Shown one piece after another: positions 9,431 through 20,200 of a stretch of 55,015 nt of DNA (positions are counted from its first letter, which is position 1; each line of letters starts with the position of its first letter). Origin of the DNA: a virus. Lineage: Duplodnaviria; Caudoviricetes. The DNA lies in IMG/VR virus record IMGVR_UViG_3300046411_000570, positions 1 to 55,015 of that record. One strand, given 5' to 3'. Both the position numbers and the translations under genes were made by a program. Under the pieces are notes generated by a model. It worked only from the letters and a program-made list of their open reading frames with translations, was not told where the DNA came from and did not search any database.

Positions 9431-9640
9431 ATGATTACAATTGATGGAAAAGAATATGATGAGACAAAATTTAGTCCTGAATTACAAAATTACCTAGTAG
9501 TAAGACAAGAAATTCAGGTCAATGCGACTAGACATAAACTAGAGCTTGAAAAAATTGATGTTTTGACAAATCATTATAATGCCAAGATAGTAGAATTAAT
9601 AAAAAAAGAGACCCCAGCAGAGACTAAAGAGAAGAAATAG
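9431..9640 (+). CDS. Small hypothetical phage protein
   Basis: 69 aa, strong SD, MITIDGKEY followed by coiled coil. Confidence 0.8.
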   Translation: MITIDGKEYDETKFSPELQNYLVVRQEIQVNATRHKLELEKIDVLTNHYNAKIVELIKKETPAETKEKK

Positions 9641-9976
9641 ATGGCCGCAATAGCTAACTTAACAATAGACCAAGGCGCAACTTTTACCTCGGATGTGACG
9701 GTAAAAGACGCCAATGGCAATGCATTTAACTTGACAGGTTATACGGCAAGAGCGAAGTTAGCAAAAGGATATCAATCCACGCAAACTAGACAAGATTTCA
9801 CAACTACAATTGCTTCAGACGCAGCTACAGGTACGGTGACATTATCACTTACAGCTGCTCAAACAACAGCCCTAGAAGACACTAGATACGTATATGACCT
9901 AGAGATTCAGACAGGAGATGTTGTAACCAGAGTAATTGAAGGAATTATCTCGGTACGTCCACAGGTTTCAACTTAA
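9641..9976 (+). CDS. Putative virion structural/adaptor protein
   Basis: IDQGATF...NLTGYTARA...GTVTLSLT...YVYDLE beta-rich pattern typical of phage baseplate/fibre adaptors. Confidence 0.65.
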   Translation: MAAIANLTIDQGATFTSDVTVKDANGNAFNLTGYTARAKLAKGYQSTQTRQDFTTTIASDAATGTVTLSLTAAQTTALEDTRYVYDLEIQTGDVVTRVIEGIISVRPQVST

Positions 9977-9993
9977 TTCTAACTCGTTTTCGT

Positions 9994-10001
9994 TATAAAT
10001 A
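9994..10001 (+). promoter_or_regulatory. T4-type late promoter
   Basis: Intergenic TATAAATA before GGGAG and ATG 10022. Confidence 0.8.
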
Positions 10002-10021
10002 TAGAAAAGAGAGGGAGATTT

Positions 10022-10270
10022 ATGCCTGATATTACAGCAAAAATCAACGTAAATACAAGTGCCGGTCCACAAAAAGTAGCAGTAACCTTGCCCTCAGCTC
10101 AGGCTGCCGGGAACAGCACTTTACAATTAAAATTATTAGGCGATGTTGACACTACTGATTTAAATGATGGTTCATTATTACAATACAGAGCTTCAGACGG
10201 TAAGTTTGTAACCAGAACGGAGATAGTAACCACAACCGGAACGCTCTTGTTTAATTGTGGTAACTTTTAA
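10022..10270 (+). CDS. Small putative fibre-associated structural protein
   Basis: LxxLGDVD...DGSLLQY motif and C-terminal NCGNF. Confidence 0.65.
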   Translation: MPDITAKINVNTSAGPQKVAVTLPSAQAAGNSTLQLKLLGDVDTTDLNDGSLLQYRASDGKFVTRTEIVTTTGTLLFNCGNF

Positions 10271-10279
10271 GGATAAAAA

Positions 10280-11998
10280 ATGGCAACTATAATTCAGATA
10301 AAAAGAAGTAATGCAGCTTCAGCTCCAAGTACACTAAAACAAGGAGAAATGGGTCTTACGTTCGGTACAGGTACTCAAGCAAATTTAGGTGATAGACTTT
10401 TCATAGGAACAGGTTCAGTAGATTCAAATGGTGACGCAACTAGTATTGACGTTATCGGCGGTAAATATTTTGCAGATTTAAATGACCACGCTCACGGTAC
10501 ATTAACTGCTAACTCAACAATAATCGTTGACTCAAACAAAGCAATAGATGAGTTAATCGTAGGTAATTCAGCTACTAACGGTGGTCAAATTAAGATAAAT
10601 GAAGGAACAAATAATGGTTCTAATTTCGTTGCTTTAAAATCTGCCAATAATTTAGGTGCAACAACAATATTCACATTGCCTGTCGGAGACGGTACAGCAG
10701 GACAATTTTTAAAAACAGATGGTTCGGGACAATTAGGTTTTGAAACAATCTTTTCAAATATAGATTTAGCGGGTGATACTGGTACAGACATTTACAATAC
10801 TAATGAGACTTTGACATTTACAGGTGGTACTGGTTTAGATTCAGCAATCACAAATAACAATGTTACCTTTAATATTACTGCTTCAGGTGTGGACACTACT
10901 CAAATAGCTGATAACGCAGTAACCAATGCTAAGTTATCAACAAATGGTCAAACTACTTTAGGTTCATCTACATTAACTTTAGGTTCTACAACAACAGATA
11001 TTGCTGGTTTACAATCTTTAGTAGTTGATGATATTACAATTAATGGCCAAACACTTTCAACAGGAAGTGCAAACAAAGATATTAATATAAATCCACACGG
11101 CACAGGTACGGTAAAAGTTCCTAGTGGTTATGAAGATAGAAGTGGTTTTGATAATCAATCATTAGCAAACAAAGCTTACGTTGACCAAGTTGCTCAAGGT
11201 TTAGATACTAAACCATCTTGTAGAGCAGCTACAACAGCAAACTTATCAGCAACATATAATAACGGAAGTTCAGGTGTTGGTGCAACTTTGACAGCAAGTT
11301 CAAATGGTGCAATTGTTATTGATGGTGTATCTGCTAGTGTAAACGATAGAATTTTAGTTAAAAATCAAACAGCAGGTGCTCAAAACGGTATCTATGTTGT
11401 TTCAACGCAAGGTGATGGTTCAACTGCTTTTGTATTAACAAGAGCAACTCCTGAAGACCAACCTGCTGAATTATCTGGTGGTGCTTTCGTATTCGTAGAA
11501 GAAGGTACGGTAGGTGCTAACAACGGTTATGTATTTACACACACAGGTGCTCCAACTTTCGGAACAACTTCTTTAGATGTTGTACAATTTTCAGGTGCAG
11601 GTTCAGTAATTGCAGGTGCAGCTTTAACTAAATCAGGCAATACTTTAGATGTTGCAGTAGATGATAGTTCAGTAGAAGTTGCTACAGACGCATTAAGAGT
11701 TAAGGCTTTAGGTATTACTAACTCAATGTTAGCAGGTAGTATTGCAACAAGTAAATTAAATAATCCTACTATTTTCTTTACAGATGAAACTTCAACTCAA
11801 GGTCAAGTATCTTTAGAAGGTACTTTAGAATTTTTAGCAGGTGAAGGATTAAATACCGTTGCAAACGGAAATAAACTAACTATTTCGGGAGAATTAGCTA
11901 GCAGCTCAAATATTGGTGTTGCTAAATTTAATGCAAATAATTTTGACGTGACTTCAGGTGATGTTGAGATTAGCACTATTGATGGAGGGTCTTTCTAG
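10280..11998 (+). CDS. Fibre-like virion structural protein
   Basis: G/T/S/N-rich 572 aa; N-terminal IQIKRS..P..L..GE, ANKAYVD, DRILVKNQ...NGIY, C-terminal IDGGSF. Confidence 0.8.
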   Translation: MATIIQIKRSNAASAPSTLKQGEMGLTFGTGTQANLGDRLFIGTGSVDSNGDATSIDVIGGKYFADLNDHAHGTLTANSTIIVDSNKAIDELIVGNSATNGGQIKINEGTNNGSNFVALKSANNLGATTIFTLPVGDGTAGQFLKTDGSGQLGFETIFSNIDLAGDTGTDIYNTNETLTFTGGTGLDSAITNNNVTFNITASGVDTTQIADNAVTNAKLSTNGQTTLGSSTLTLGSTTTDIAGLQSLVVDDITINGQTLSTGSANKDININPHGTGTVKVPSGYEDRSGFDNQSLANKAYVDQVAQGLDTKPSCRAATTANLSATYNNGSSGVGATLTASSNGAIVIDGVSASVNDRILVKNQTAGAQNGIYVVSTQGDGSTAFVLTRATPEDQPAELSGGAFVFVEEGTVGANNGYVFTHTGAPTFGTTSLDVVQFSGAGSVIAGAALTKSGNTLDVAVDDSSVEVATDALRVKALGITNSMLAGSIATSKLNNPTIFFTDETSTQGQVSLEGTLEFLAGEGLNTVANGNKLTISGELASSSNIGVAKFNANNFDVTSGDVEISTIDGGSF

Positions 11999-12234
11999 TG
12001 TTCAGTATATTACAAAAGTGGTTTGATAGTGTTTTAAAATCTTATGATAAAAAAACAATAAATTACTTATCAGGTAAAAAGAAACCAGCTGTAAGAGTTG
12101 GTGATTTACAACATAAAACAAAAAAAGAATTAGAAGATATCGGTAGAAAAATCGGTATTGAGTTAGATAGAAGACTAACAAAAGATAAACTAATAAACAA
12201 AATTAAATATAACGTAAAGAATAGAAAAAGATAA
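11998..12234 (+). CDS. Small basic protein with Rho-N/HeH-like motif
   Basis: LQHKTKKELEDIGRKIGIELDRRLTKDKLI; GTG start overlapping upstream TAG, GGAGG SD. Confidence 0.6.
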   Translation: MFSILQKWFDSVLKSYDKKTINYLSGKKKPAVRVGDLQHKTKKELEDIGRKIGIELDRRLTKDKLINKIKYNVKNRKR

Positions 12235-12236
12235 TT

Positions 12237-12668
12237 ATGTCAACCGTAATTAAACCAAAACGTTCATTCACACCACTCGCAATACCGGCTTCTAATGTAA
12301 TGGAAATCGGCGAATTGGCTATGAATGCCTCTGATGGTAAGTTTTATACTAAATTACAAAACGGTACGGTTAAAGAATTAGGTGGTGCAGGTTCGGTTAT
12401 TTTGCAAGACGTTACCACTAACGGTAATATTTCTACAAATGACATTATTCTTAACGGTTCAAATCTAGTATTTGAAGGACTTTTAGAAAACGCTTTTGAA
12501 ACTACTTTAAAGGTAGTTGAGCCAACTGGTGATAGAATTGTAAGATTGCCTAACGTATCAGGTGATGTAATAACAACTGGTAATTTAACTAAAGACGGTA
12601 CTGCTACTGGTGACCCATTAGCTGCCGAGGGTGACGCAGTTGCTTTTGCTATTGCTTTAGGAGGTTAA
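12237..12668 (+). CDS. Putative fibre-associated structural protein
   Basis: IKPKRS..P...GELAMN.SDGKFY N-terminus; ends AFAIALGG. Confidence 0.7.
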   Translation: MSTVIKPKRSFTPLAIPASNVMEIGELAMNASDGKFYTKLQNGTVKELGGAGSVILQDVTTNGNISTNDIILNGSNLVFEGLLENAFETTLKVVEPTGDRIVRLPNVSGDVITTGNLTKDGTATGDPLAAEGDAVAFAIALGG

Positions 12669-12674
12669 TAGATT

Positions 12675-13004
12675 ATGGCTAGTTCGTTTATAAATGCAGG
12701 TGCTCAATTAACTATAACAGACGCTTCAGGTGCTAATATATACACTTGCCCAGCAAGTACAAAAGCAGTTATTCACGCTTGTATGGTATCAAACTTAAAT
12801 AGTTCTGGTACTTCTAAAGGCACAATTAAGATTACGGTTGACGGTGGTTCTACGTTTAGAACGGTATTAAAAGACGCAGAGATACCACCTAATGACACTT
12901 TACAGATGGATAAACCTCTGAATCTAGAGGCTGGTGACATTATTAGAATATATGGTACGAGTACAAATATGGAATGTTTTTTATCAATTTTGGAATTAAC
13001 GTAA
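12675..13004 (+). CDS. Putative structural protein
   Basis: IYTCPA...LNLEAGDIIRI beta-sandwich pattern; strong SD. Confidence 0.65.
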   Translation: MASSFINAGAQLTITDASGANIYTCPASTKAVIHACMVSNLNSSGTSKGTIKITVDGGSTFRTVLKDAEIPPNDTLQMDKPLNLEAGDIIRIYGTSTNMECFLSILELT

Positions 13005-13012
13005 TAAAGTTT

Positions 13013-13020
13013 TATAAATA
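13013..13020 (+). promoter_or_regulatory. T4-type late promoter
   Basis: Intergenic TATAAATA. Confidence 0.8.
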
Positions 13021-13048
13021 TAGATAGAATTTAAGTTAGGAGATATTA

Positions 13049-13495
13049 ATGGCACTAGTAGTAAATAAAGTTTACAACGCTAAAGACGCAAATGGTAAAA
13101 CGATTACTAGTGAATATAGTTTCCACGGATTAAGTCGTGATGGAGATGGTCTCTTAACATATACTAAAACTAATTGGTATAGTGGTGATTCAATTAATAT
13201 GGACAATGGTGAAGGAACAGCTTACAATTCAGTAGGTGAGTTTCAAAAAAATGAGTTAACGTATGCTAGCGGTTCTTATTCAGTAGGACATAATATTAAT
13301 GATATACCTATTGATTATAGTTCAACAACTGACCCTAGACAAGCGAATACTATAAACAGAAAATATGAGCAACACGTATTTGATGAAAACAAAGCGACTT
13401 ACTTTATTAATGCTGACGGTTATTTGGTATTGAGAATTGGAAATGAATATACATACGGTGCTAAAGATGGTGCAACAGGTAACTGGACCACTTAA
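13049..13495 (+). CDS. Hypothetical (likely structural) protein
   Basis: 148 aa, AGGAG SD, downstream of late promoter. Confidence 0.75.
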   Translation: MALVVNKVYNAKDANGKTITSEYSFHGLSRDGDGLLTYTKTNWYSGDSINMDNGEGTAYNSVGEFQKNELTYASGSYSVGHNINDIPIDYSSTTDPRQANTINRKYEQHVFDENKATYFINADGYLVLRIGNEYTYGAKDGATGNWTT

Positions 13496-13517
13496 TAAGG
13501 AAATATAGGAAAAAACA

Positions 13518-14480
13518 ATGGCAGATTTTGTACTAGGTAGATTAAAGTTTCACTTCAAGGGTGCTTGGACTACTGGCACGGCTTATATCAAAGATGATGT
13601 ACTTACCTATGGTGGTAATGCTTTCGTCTGTAAAGTCAATCACACAGCAAACGCAGATTTTTATGTAGATTTAAACCACGCAACTGCTAAATGGGCTAAA
13701 ATGGCCGGCGGTTTTGAGTATAAAGGAAATTGGGCGGCAACAACTCTTTACAAAGTTGACGATATCGTAACCTACGGTGGTTCAACATACAGATGTGTCA
13801 CAGGACATACATCACAAGCAGATTTATATGACGATACTTCAAAATGGCAAACATTTGCCGCTGGTTTGGCTTGGAGAGGTTCTTGGGCAACATCAACAGC
13901 TTACAGAAATGATGACATTGTAAAATACGGTGCAAACACATATCTATGTACAACTCAACACACATCTTCAGGTACAACATTAGACGAAAGTAAATTTACT
14001 TTATTTGTATCAGGACTAGAATTTGAAAATTCTTGGTCATCTTCAACTTTATACCAATTAGGCGATATTGTTACCTACGGTGGTTATAACTACGTTGCTG
14101 AAAGAGCAAACAATAACGTTATACCTTACAACAATGCTTCAGATTGGAAATTATTTACAACAGGATTTACTAACACAGGTACTTGGTCAAACTCAACAGC
14201 ATATAAAACTGGTGATACCGTAAACCACGGTGGTCATTATTATGTGGCTAAAATTGATGGAACAAACCAAGAGCCAACAGGTACAACTAACTCATATTGG
14301 GATTTAGTTGTAGAAGGATTATATTGGAGAAACAATTGGGCAACATCTACTGCTTACAAAATTGGTGACGCAGTTGGTTATGGTGCTTCTTCTTATAGAG
14401 CAAAAACAAATCACACTTCATCAGCTTCTAATAGACCAGATGTTTCAGGTCAAACATCTTGGGATTTACTTGCAGAAGGA
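13518..14480 (+). repeat. Six tandem ~50-aa protein repeats (CBM5/12-like)
   Basis: FKGAW.., YKGNW.., WRGSW.., FENSW.., NTGTW.., WRNNW.. units; divergent at DNA level. Confidence 0.8.
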
Positions 14481-17219
14481 GATTCAAACGCAACTCTAAC
14501 TACAAGAGGTGATATATTAACTAGAGACGCAACTCAAAGAATTAGATTGCCAATCGGCGCAGCTGGTACTTTCTTAAAATCAGATGGTACAGATATAGTT
14601 TGGTCATTACCAAATGTAGCAAACAAAGTTTATTACGTATCTACTTCAGGTACAGATAATACAGATACAGGTAGAGGTACTTCTCCTGAATTACCTTGGA
14701 GAACATTAAAATATGCTTGTACTCAATTAGCTTCAGACGCAACAAATTTTAAAACAATTAAAGTTTCAACAGGAACATATACTGAACAATTACCAATTAC
14801 GGTTCCAAGAAAAACTGCTATTATAGGTGACAACTTACGAAGTGTTACCGTTTCACCAGATACTACAACTAACAATGGTGCTGGTGCAGGTATTTCAAGT
14901 GACGGTTCAACACCAAATAACAGACAGACAATGTGGAGATTAAATGACTCTTGCACATTATCTGGTATGACATTTAGTGGAATGACAGGTCAATTATCTG
15001 GTTCAGCAAGTGCTGACGGTTTAACAAGACCTACAACTGGTACAGGTGCAACAGCAACAGGTGTTGTTTGTGCTCTTGACCCAGGTTCGGGTCCTACTGA
15101 TACTTCAGTTCACATTGTTGCAAGGTCACCTTTTGTACAAAACTGCTCATCTATTGGTACTAGAGCAATCGGTATTAAAATTGATGGTTCTTTACATAAT
15201 GCAGGTAATAAATCAATACTTGCAAATGACTTTACACAGGTACTTGATAATGGTATAGGTGTTTGGATATTAAATGGTGCAAAATCAGAATTAGTATCTG
15301 TATTTACTTATTACTGCCACGTTGGTTATCTTGCTGACTCAGGCGGTGTAATGCGTTCACTAAACTCTAACAACTCTTATGGTGAAAGAGGTTCAGTTGC
15401 TTCAGGCGTTGACCCTAATGAAACACCGGTTACAGCAACGGTAACTAATAGAGACAATGAGGCAATCATTGGTAGAGCATTAGTATCAAACGCTGGTGTT
15501 TACAGATTAGAACAAGAATACGCAGGTGAAACTTATTCGTCTGCTACAGAAACAATAACAGGTTCAGGCGCAAATGCTAACTTTACAGCTGACTTTGCTG
15601 ATGGTGCTGTTAAACATATTGATACAACAACAAATGGTGCAGGTCACTTTACAACAATTGGTGTTGCTCAAGGTGGTTCAACAACAACTATCAGATTGGC
15701 AGCTGCTGATACACAAGCAGATGACTTCTATAACGGTATGAGAATTACGGTTACAACTGGTACTGCTTCAGGTCAAACTGCTTATATTGGTGATTACACT
15801 TCAGCAACAAAAACTGCTACCGTTTTCAAAGAAGATGGTTCAGCTGGTTGGGAAGTTTTTGGTCCTACAAGTGTTGCAGTTGCTCCTAATGCCACAACAA
15901 ATTATGAAATTGAACCAAGAGTCACAATAACAGGTGGTGGTTCTCCTACAAGAAACGCATTAGCGAGAGTTGTAATTGAAAACCAAATTATTAAAAAATT
16001 CTTAATACTTGATGGTGGTGCAGGTTATTCATCAGCTCCTTCAATTTCGGTAACTGACCCTAACGCAACAACGGTAGGAACAGGTACTGCTACAATTGGC
16101 GACGGAGTAATTTCAAGATGGACTTATGTAGCTGCAGGTTCAGGTTATAAACAAGAAAACACAGCAGGTACCGTAAGTGGTAATGGTTATGCAGAAATTT
16201 TACCAGTTGGTGCAACGGTAAAAACTACTGGTTTAGCTGCTTCACCAAAACCTGGTTCAAATATTGTATTCTCAAATGCTTCAAGTGTAAGTTATATTGT
16301 AGTAACCGTTTTATCACACTCAAATGGTGGTATAACAAGTATGGAAATATCGCCAAATATTTCAAAAACAAATGCTCCGTCACACGGAACAACTGCTACA
16401 ATTAGACAAAATTATTCAAATATAAGATTAACAGGTCACGACTTCCTAGATATTGGTACAGGTGGTATATCAACTACAAACTATCCTGACTTAAATGGTT
16501 ATACACAATCACCAGACCAATCAGATGAAGTTTACGATTTAGATAGAGGTAGAGTATTCTATACTTCAACTGACCAAGATGGTAACTTTAGAGTTGGTGA
16601 ATTGTTTAGAGTAGAACAATCAACAGGTAAGGCAACATTGAACGCAGAAGCTTTTGACCTTTCTGGATTAAGACAATTATCTCTAGGTTCAGTTGCATTA
16701 GGAAATTTTGGTGCAACAATTTCAGAATTTAGTACAGATGGTACTTTAGGCGATAATTCTGATACTGCTCTCGTAACCGAGAAAGCAATTAGAACATTCG
16801 TTGAAAACCAATTAGGTGGTGGTCAAAACAACTTGACCGTTAACTCTGCCGTAATTGGTGACATTACAATATCAGGTTCAAATATTTCTGCTTCAAGTGG
16901 AAATACAACAACATTTACAACAATACCACAAACTTCGGTTTCACCTACAAGTTCTAATCACTTAGCTAATAAAGCATATGTTGATGAAAATGTGACACCT
17001 ACTTTACAAACTTTATCTTTTGATAAAGATACAGGTCAATTGAATAGACAAGTGGTTACAAATTTTAACACGGTGACACAAAACGTAGATACTTTGACAA
17101 ATGCTGCTGAAGAAAATTTAGGTTTTAATGTAATTAATGGTTCAATGCAAATTGAATTAGATAAAGGTGGAAATTTAGTTTATAGAACAACAGCTGATGT
17201 TTCAAAAGCTGAGGCGTAA
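13518..17219 (+). CDS. Large tail fibre/spike-like protein with six N-terminal carbohydrate-binding-like repeats and a putative beta-helix domain
   Basis: Six W-x3-T-x-Y-x3-D-x-V-x-YGG-type repeats, then YYVSTSGTD...PWRTLKYA...GTYTE...IIGD typical of pectin-lyase-like domains. Confidence 0.8.
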   Translation: MADFVLGRLKFHFKGAWTTGTAYIKDDVLTYGGNAFVCKVNHTANADFYVDLNHATAKWAKMAGGFEYKGNWAATTLYKVDDIVTYGGSTYRCVTGHTSQADLYDDTSKWQTFAAGLAWRGSWATSTAYRNDDIVKYGANTYLCTTQHTSSGTTLDESKFTLFVSGLEFENSWSSSTLYQLGDIVTYGGYNYVAERANNNVIPYNNASDWKLFTTGFTNTGTWSNSTAYKTGDTVNHGGHYYVAKIDGTNQEPTGTTNSYWDLVVEGLYWRNNWATSTAYKIGDAVGYGASSYRAKTNHTSSASNRPDVSGQTSWDLLAEGDSNATLTTRGDILTRDATQRIRLPIGAAGTFLKSDGTDIVWSLPNVANKVYYVSTSGTDNTDTGRGTSPELPWRTLKYACTQLASDATNFKTIKVSTGTYTEQLPITVPRKTAIIGDNLRSVTVSPDTTTNNGAGAGISSDGSTPNNRQTMWRLNDSCTLSGMTFSGMTGQLSGSASADGLTRPTTGTGATATGVVCALDPGSGPTDTSVHIVARSPFVQNCSSIGTRAIGIKIDGSLHNAGNKSILANDFTQVLDNGIGVWILNGAKSELVSVFTYYCHVGYLADSGGVMRSLNSNNSYGERGSVASGVDPNETPVTATVTNRDNEAIIGRALVSNAGVYRLEQEYAGETYSSATETITGSGANANFTADFADGAVKHIDTTTNGAGHFTTIGVAQGGSTTTIRLAAADTQADDFYNGMRITVTTGTASGQTAYIGDYTSATKTATVFKEDGSAGWEVFGPTSVAVAPNATTNYEIEPRVTITGGGSPTRNALARVVIENQIIKKFLILDGGAGYSSAPSISVTDPNATTVGTGTATIGDGVISRWTYVAAGSGYKQENTAGTVSGNGYAEILPVGATVKTTGLAASPKPGSNIVFSNASSVSYIVVTVLSHSNGGITSMEISPNISKTNAPSHGTTATIRQNYSNIRLTGHDFLDIGTGGISTTNYPDLNGYTQSPDQSDEVYDLDRGRVFYTSTDQDGNFRVGELFRVEQSTGKATLNAEAFDLSGLRQLSLGSVALGNFGATISEFSTDGTLGDNSDTALVTEKAIRTFVENQLGGGQNNLTVNSAVIGDITISGSNISASSGNTTTFTTIPQTSVSPTSSNHLANKAYVDENVTPTLQTLSFDKDTGQLNRQVVTNFNTVTQNVDTLTNAAEENLGFNVINGSMQIELDKGGNLVYRTTADVSKAEA

Positions 17220-17222
17220 AGG

Positions 17223-17230
17223 TATAAATA
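17223..17230 (+). promoter_or_regulatory. T4-type late promoter
   Basis: Intergenic TATAAATA 9 nt before ATG 17240. Confidence 0.75.
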
Positions 17231-17239
17231 GGATAGAAA

Positions 17240-20200
17240 ATGGCAATTACTAGAACAAATATCGGAAATTTATGGTTCAACTATCGTGGTGATTACGATA
17301 ATTCAACTAGTTATAAAAAAGATGACGTTGTAATCTGGAATAATACAGATTATTTGAATGTCAGAGAATCAACTACAACAGGAAAAAGACCTGAACAAAA
17401 TACTCAATATTATTACAATGTTGAAGTTGCAAACGACCCATTAGATTCAACAAACAAATTTAAAATTGACGCAGACGTAACCTCTACAATAGAATATGCG
17501 CCTACTCTTTATGTAAGAAAAGGTGATAAGATTGTTTTCTATCAAAACAATAATAATAATGACGATAATCCTCTTGCAATGTCAACTTCAGCTACGTCTC
17601 AATCTTCAAACTATTTAACTGAAGGTGTTTCATATTATCATAATGAAGAGCCAGTTTCAAGAACAGATTATATCAATACTTCAAAATTTAATACAAAGAC
17701 AGCTAGAAAAGTAGTTGTAGAATTTACAAAAGATACACCAAGTGAAGTTTATTATTTCTCAACAGGTAACGCAAGTTATGGCGCTAAAATAGTTGTTGCA
17801 GAATGGGACACTTGGAGACCTTTAAGAAACTCATTTAAATGGAGAGGTTTACACGTAAACACTTCAGGACAAATTTATTACGAAAATGATGTTGTACAAA
17901 TTAGAGTTGGTATTAACAATGACAGAGGTACAGATTATGAGCCTTATCAAGTTAAAGAAACATTAACAACTTACATATGTTTAAGACAACATACAACAGA
18001 TGGAACAGACAGATTTTTACCTTATAACAGAAATGTAGATACTAATGCTAATATGTATTGGTTAAAAATGGGTACAGAATATGAAGCAGACGACCAACAA
18101 TGGGAAGACAATGGTGTTATTTCAAGTGTAAATAATATTTCAGCTGCTGATGCAAACAGATTACACGGTACTTATAGATTTGTAAGTGCTAAATCATCTT
18201 CAAGAAGTGGTGCATATCCAGGTATGTTCAGAATTGATATACAAGGTAACGGAAATATTCTTGCAGTTGATAACTTTGCGGCTGCAAATTCTTCAAGAAC
18301 AGCAGGAACATATACAAATTTATCTCAAAGTGCAACAACAGGTGTTGGTACAGGTGCAACTTTTAATATTACAATTGATAGTACAGGTGCAGCTTCAAAA
18401 GTAGAAATTATAAAACAAAGAAATAAAACATCTACTCCAACAGGTGGTTCAGGTTATGTTAATAACGAAACGGTAACAATTGCTGATGGTTCATTAGGTG
18501 GCGGTGGTGCTCCTGACTTTACTATTCAAGTAAATGGTGTTGGTGTTGCAGGTGCGGCTACGGTAACCGTAGAAGATACAAGATACGATTCAAGAAGAGA
18601 GAGAAGATATTTTAACGACACAGGTCAATTAGCAGGTGGTGAAGATAACCAAGTTGGTGATACAATTACAATTGATGGTGATGTATTCATTAAATCTGGT
18701 GGCACAGCTGCAGGTGATTTAACTTTCCAAGTTGCTACCGTTGAAAAACAATTAAGAGGTAGTTCAGATTTATTTACAGGTAACCCACACGAATGTATAT
18801 CATTATCAAACAGAGGTCCTGTATTTACAGATAATAGATATGAAAGATTAGGACCTGAAAGAACATTTAGAAATTCAGTTAACACACCAGGATTTATTGG
18901 TGGTACAGGTAACGCTTGGTTATGGGGCTCAAATTCAGATGGTAGTAATGCATTTAACCACGACTTAATGACAGGAAGACAATTAACTTTTTCTCACTAT
19001 GATTGGTGGAGAAGTACAGATAATGGTGGTACAGGTGTTCACACAACTCCTGACGGAGAAATTCCTAAAATAATTCAATTAGAATTAGGTTATGCTTGTG
19101 GTATGGCGCTTATGAATTCTGGTGAATTATATCATTGGGGTTATGGTGGTCACGGTCAAAATGGTGACGCTGGTACTTCAAACAGAGACCACCCGGTAAG
19201 AGTTGGTGGTTCTAACCAAAACGTTTACTTGGCAGCTAATAGTTCAACGCACATATTTAAAGATGTAAGAATTAAAAGATGTTGGATTTCAAATGTTATG
19301 GACGGACAAAATACAAATACACACTCTTGTTATGCTTTAGATGAAAACGGAAATTTATATTCTTGGGGTTATAACGGATATGGTCAACTAGGTACTAACA
19401 ATACAACTAACTATAGCACACCTCAATTAATTGCAAAAGCAACTTACTTTAACGGTAATGAAATTGAGCATATGTGGTGTTCAGGTGGTAACTATGTGAT
19501 GGTTCACGCAGTTGACACAGCAGGAAATTTATATGCTTGGGGTAGAAACAATGATGGCCAATTAGGTGTAGGTAATACAACTGACCAAAATACACCTCAA
19601 CAAATTTCTTCACCGGCATTTACAGACGCAGGTGTTGGTAGAATTAAAAGATTACTACAAGATACAGATTCAGACGACCAAAGAGCTGCAATCTTGACAG
19701 AAAGAGGAAACATTTACGTAACCGGTTATAACGGTTCAGGTTGGATGGGAAATGGTAACACAACTGCTTTAAATACATTTACAATTTGTTCAAATGGTTG
19801 TGGTAATGCGGCTAATTCAGACGCTCACAATATGTGGTTTACAGGTTGTGCTAACTATCCTAATTTCTGGATTGAAGATAGTATGGGTAATATTCAATGT
19901 GCTGGTTACAATAACTATTACAATTTAGGTATTGGTAATAACACAACACAAAATAGTTTCCAAACACCAAAAGTACAAATTGGTTCTAATACACAAAAAG
20001 ATATTCACAACGTAAAACAAATTTCAAGTTATTCACATTATAACGATACGTCTGTAAGAATATTAACTTGGGACGGAATAATGTATTCAGCAGGTAGAAA
20101 TAGTTATGGTATGGCTGCTGTAGGTTTTAGTTCAGGTAATTGTAATACAGATAGAGACGCAGAGAATGGTAAAGACCACTTTAATGATGGTTACTTTATA

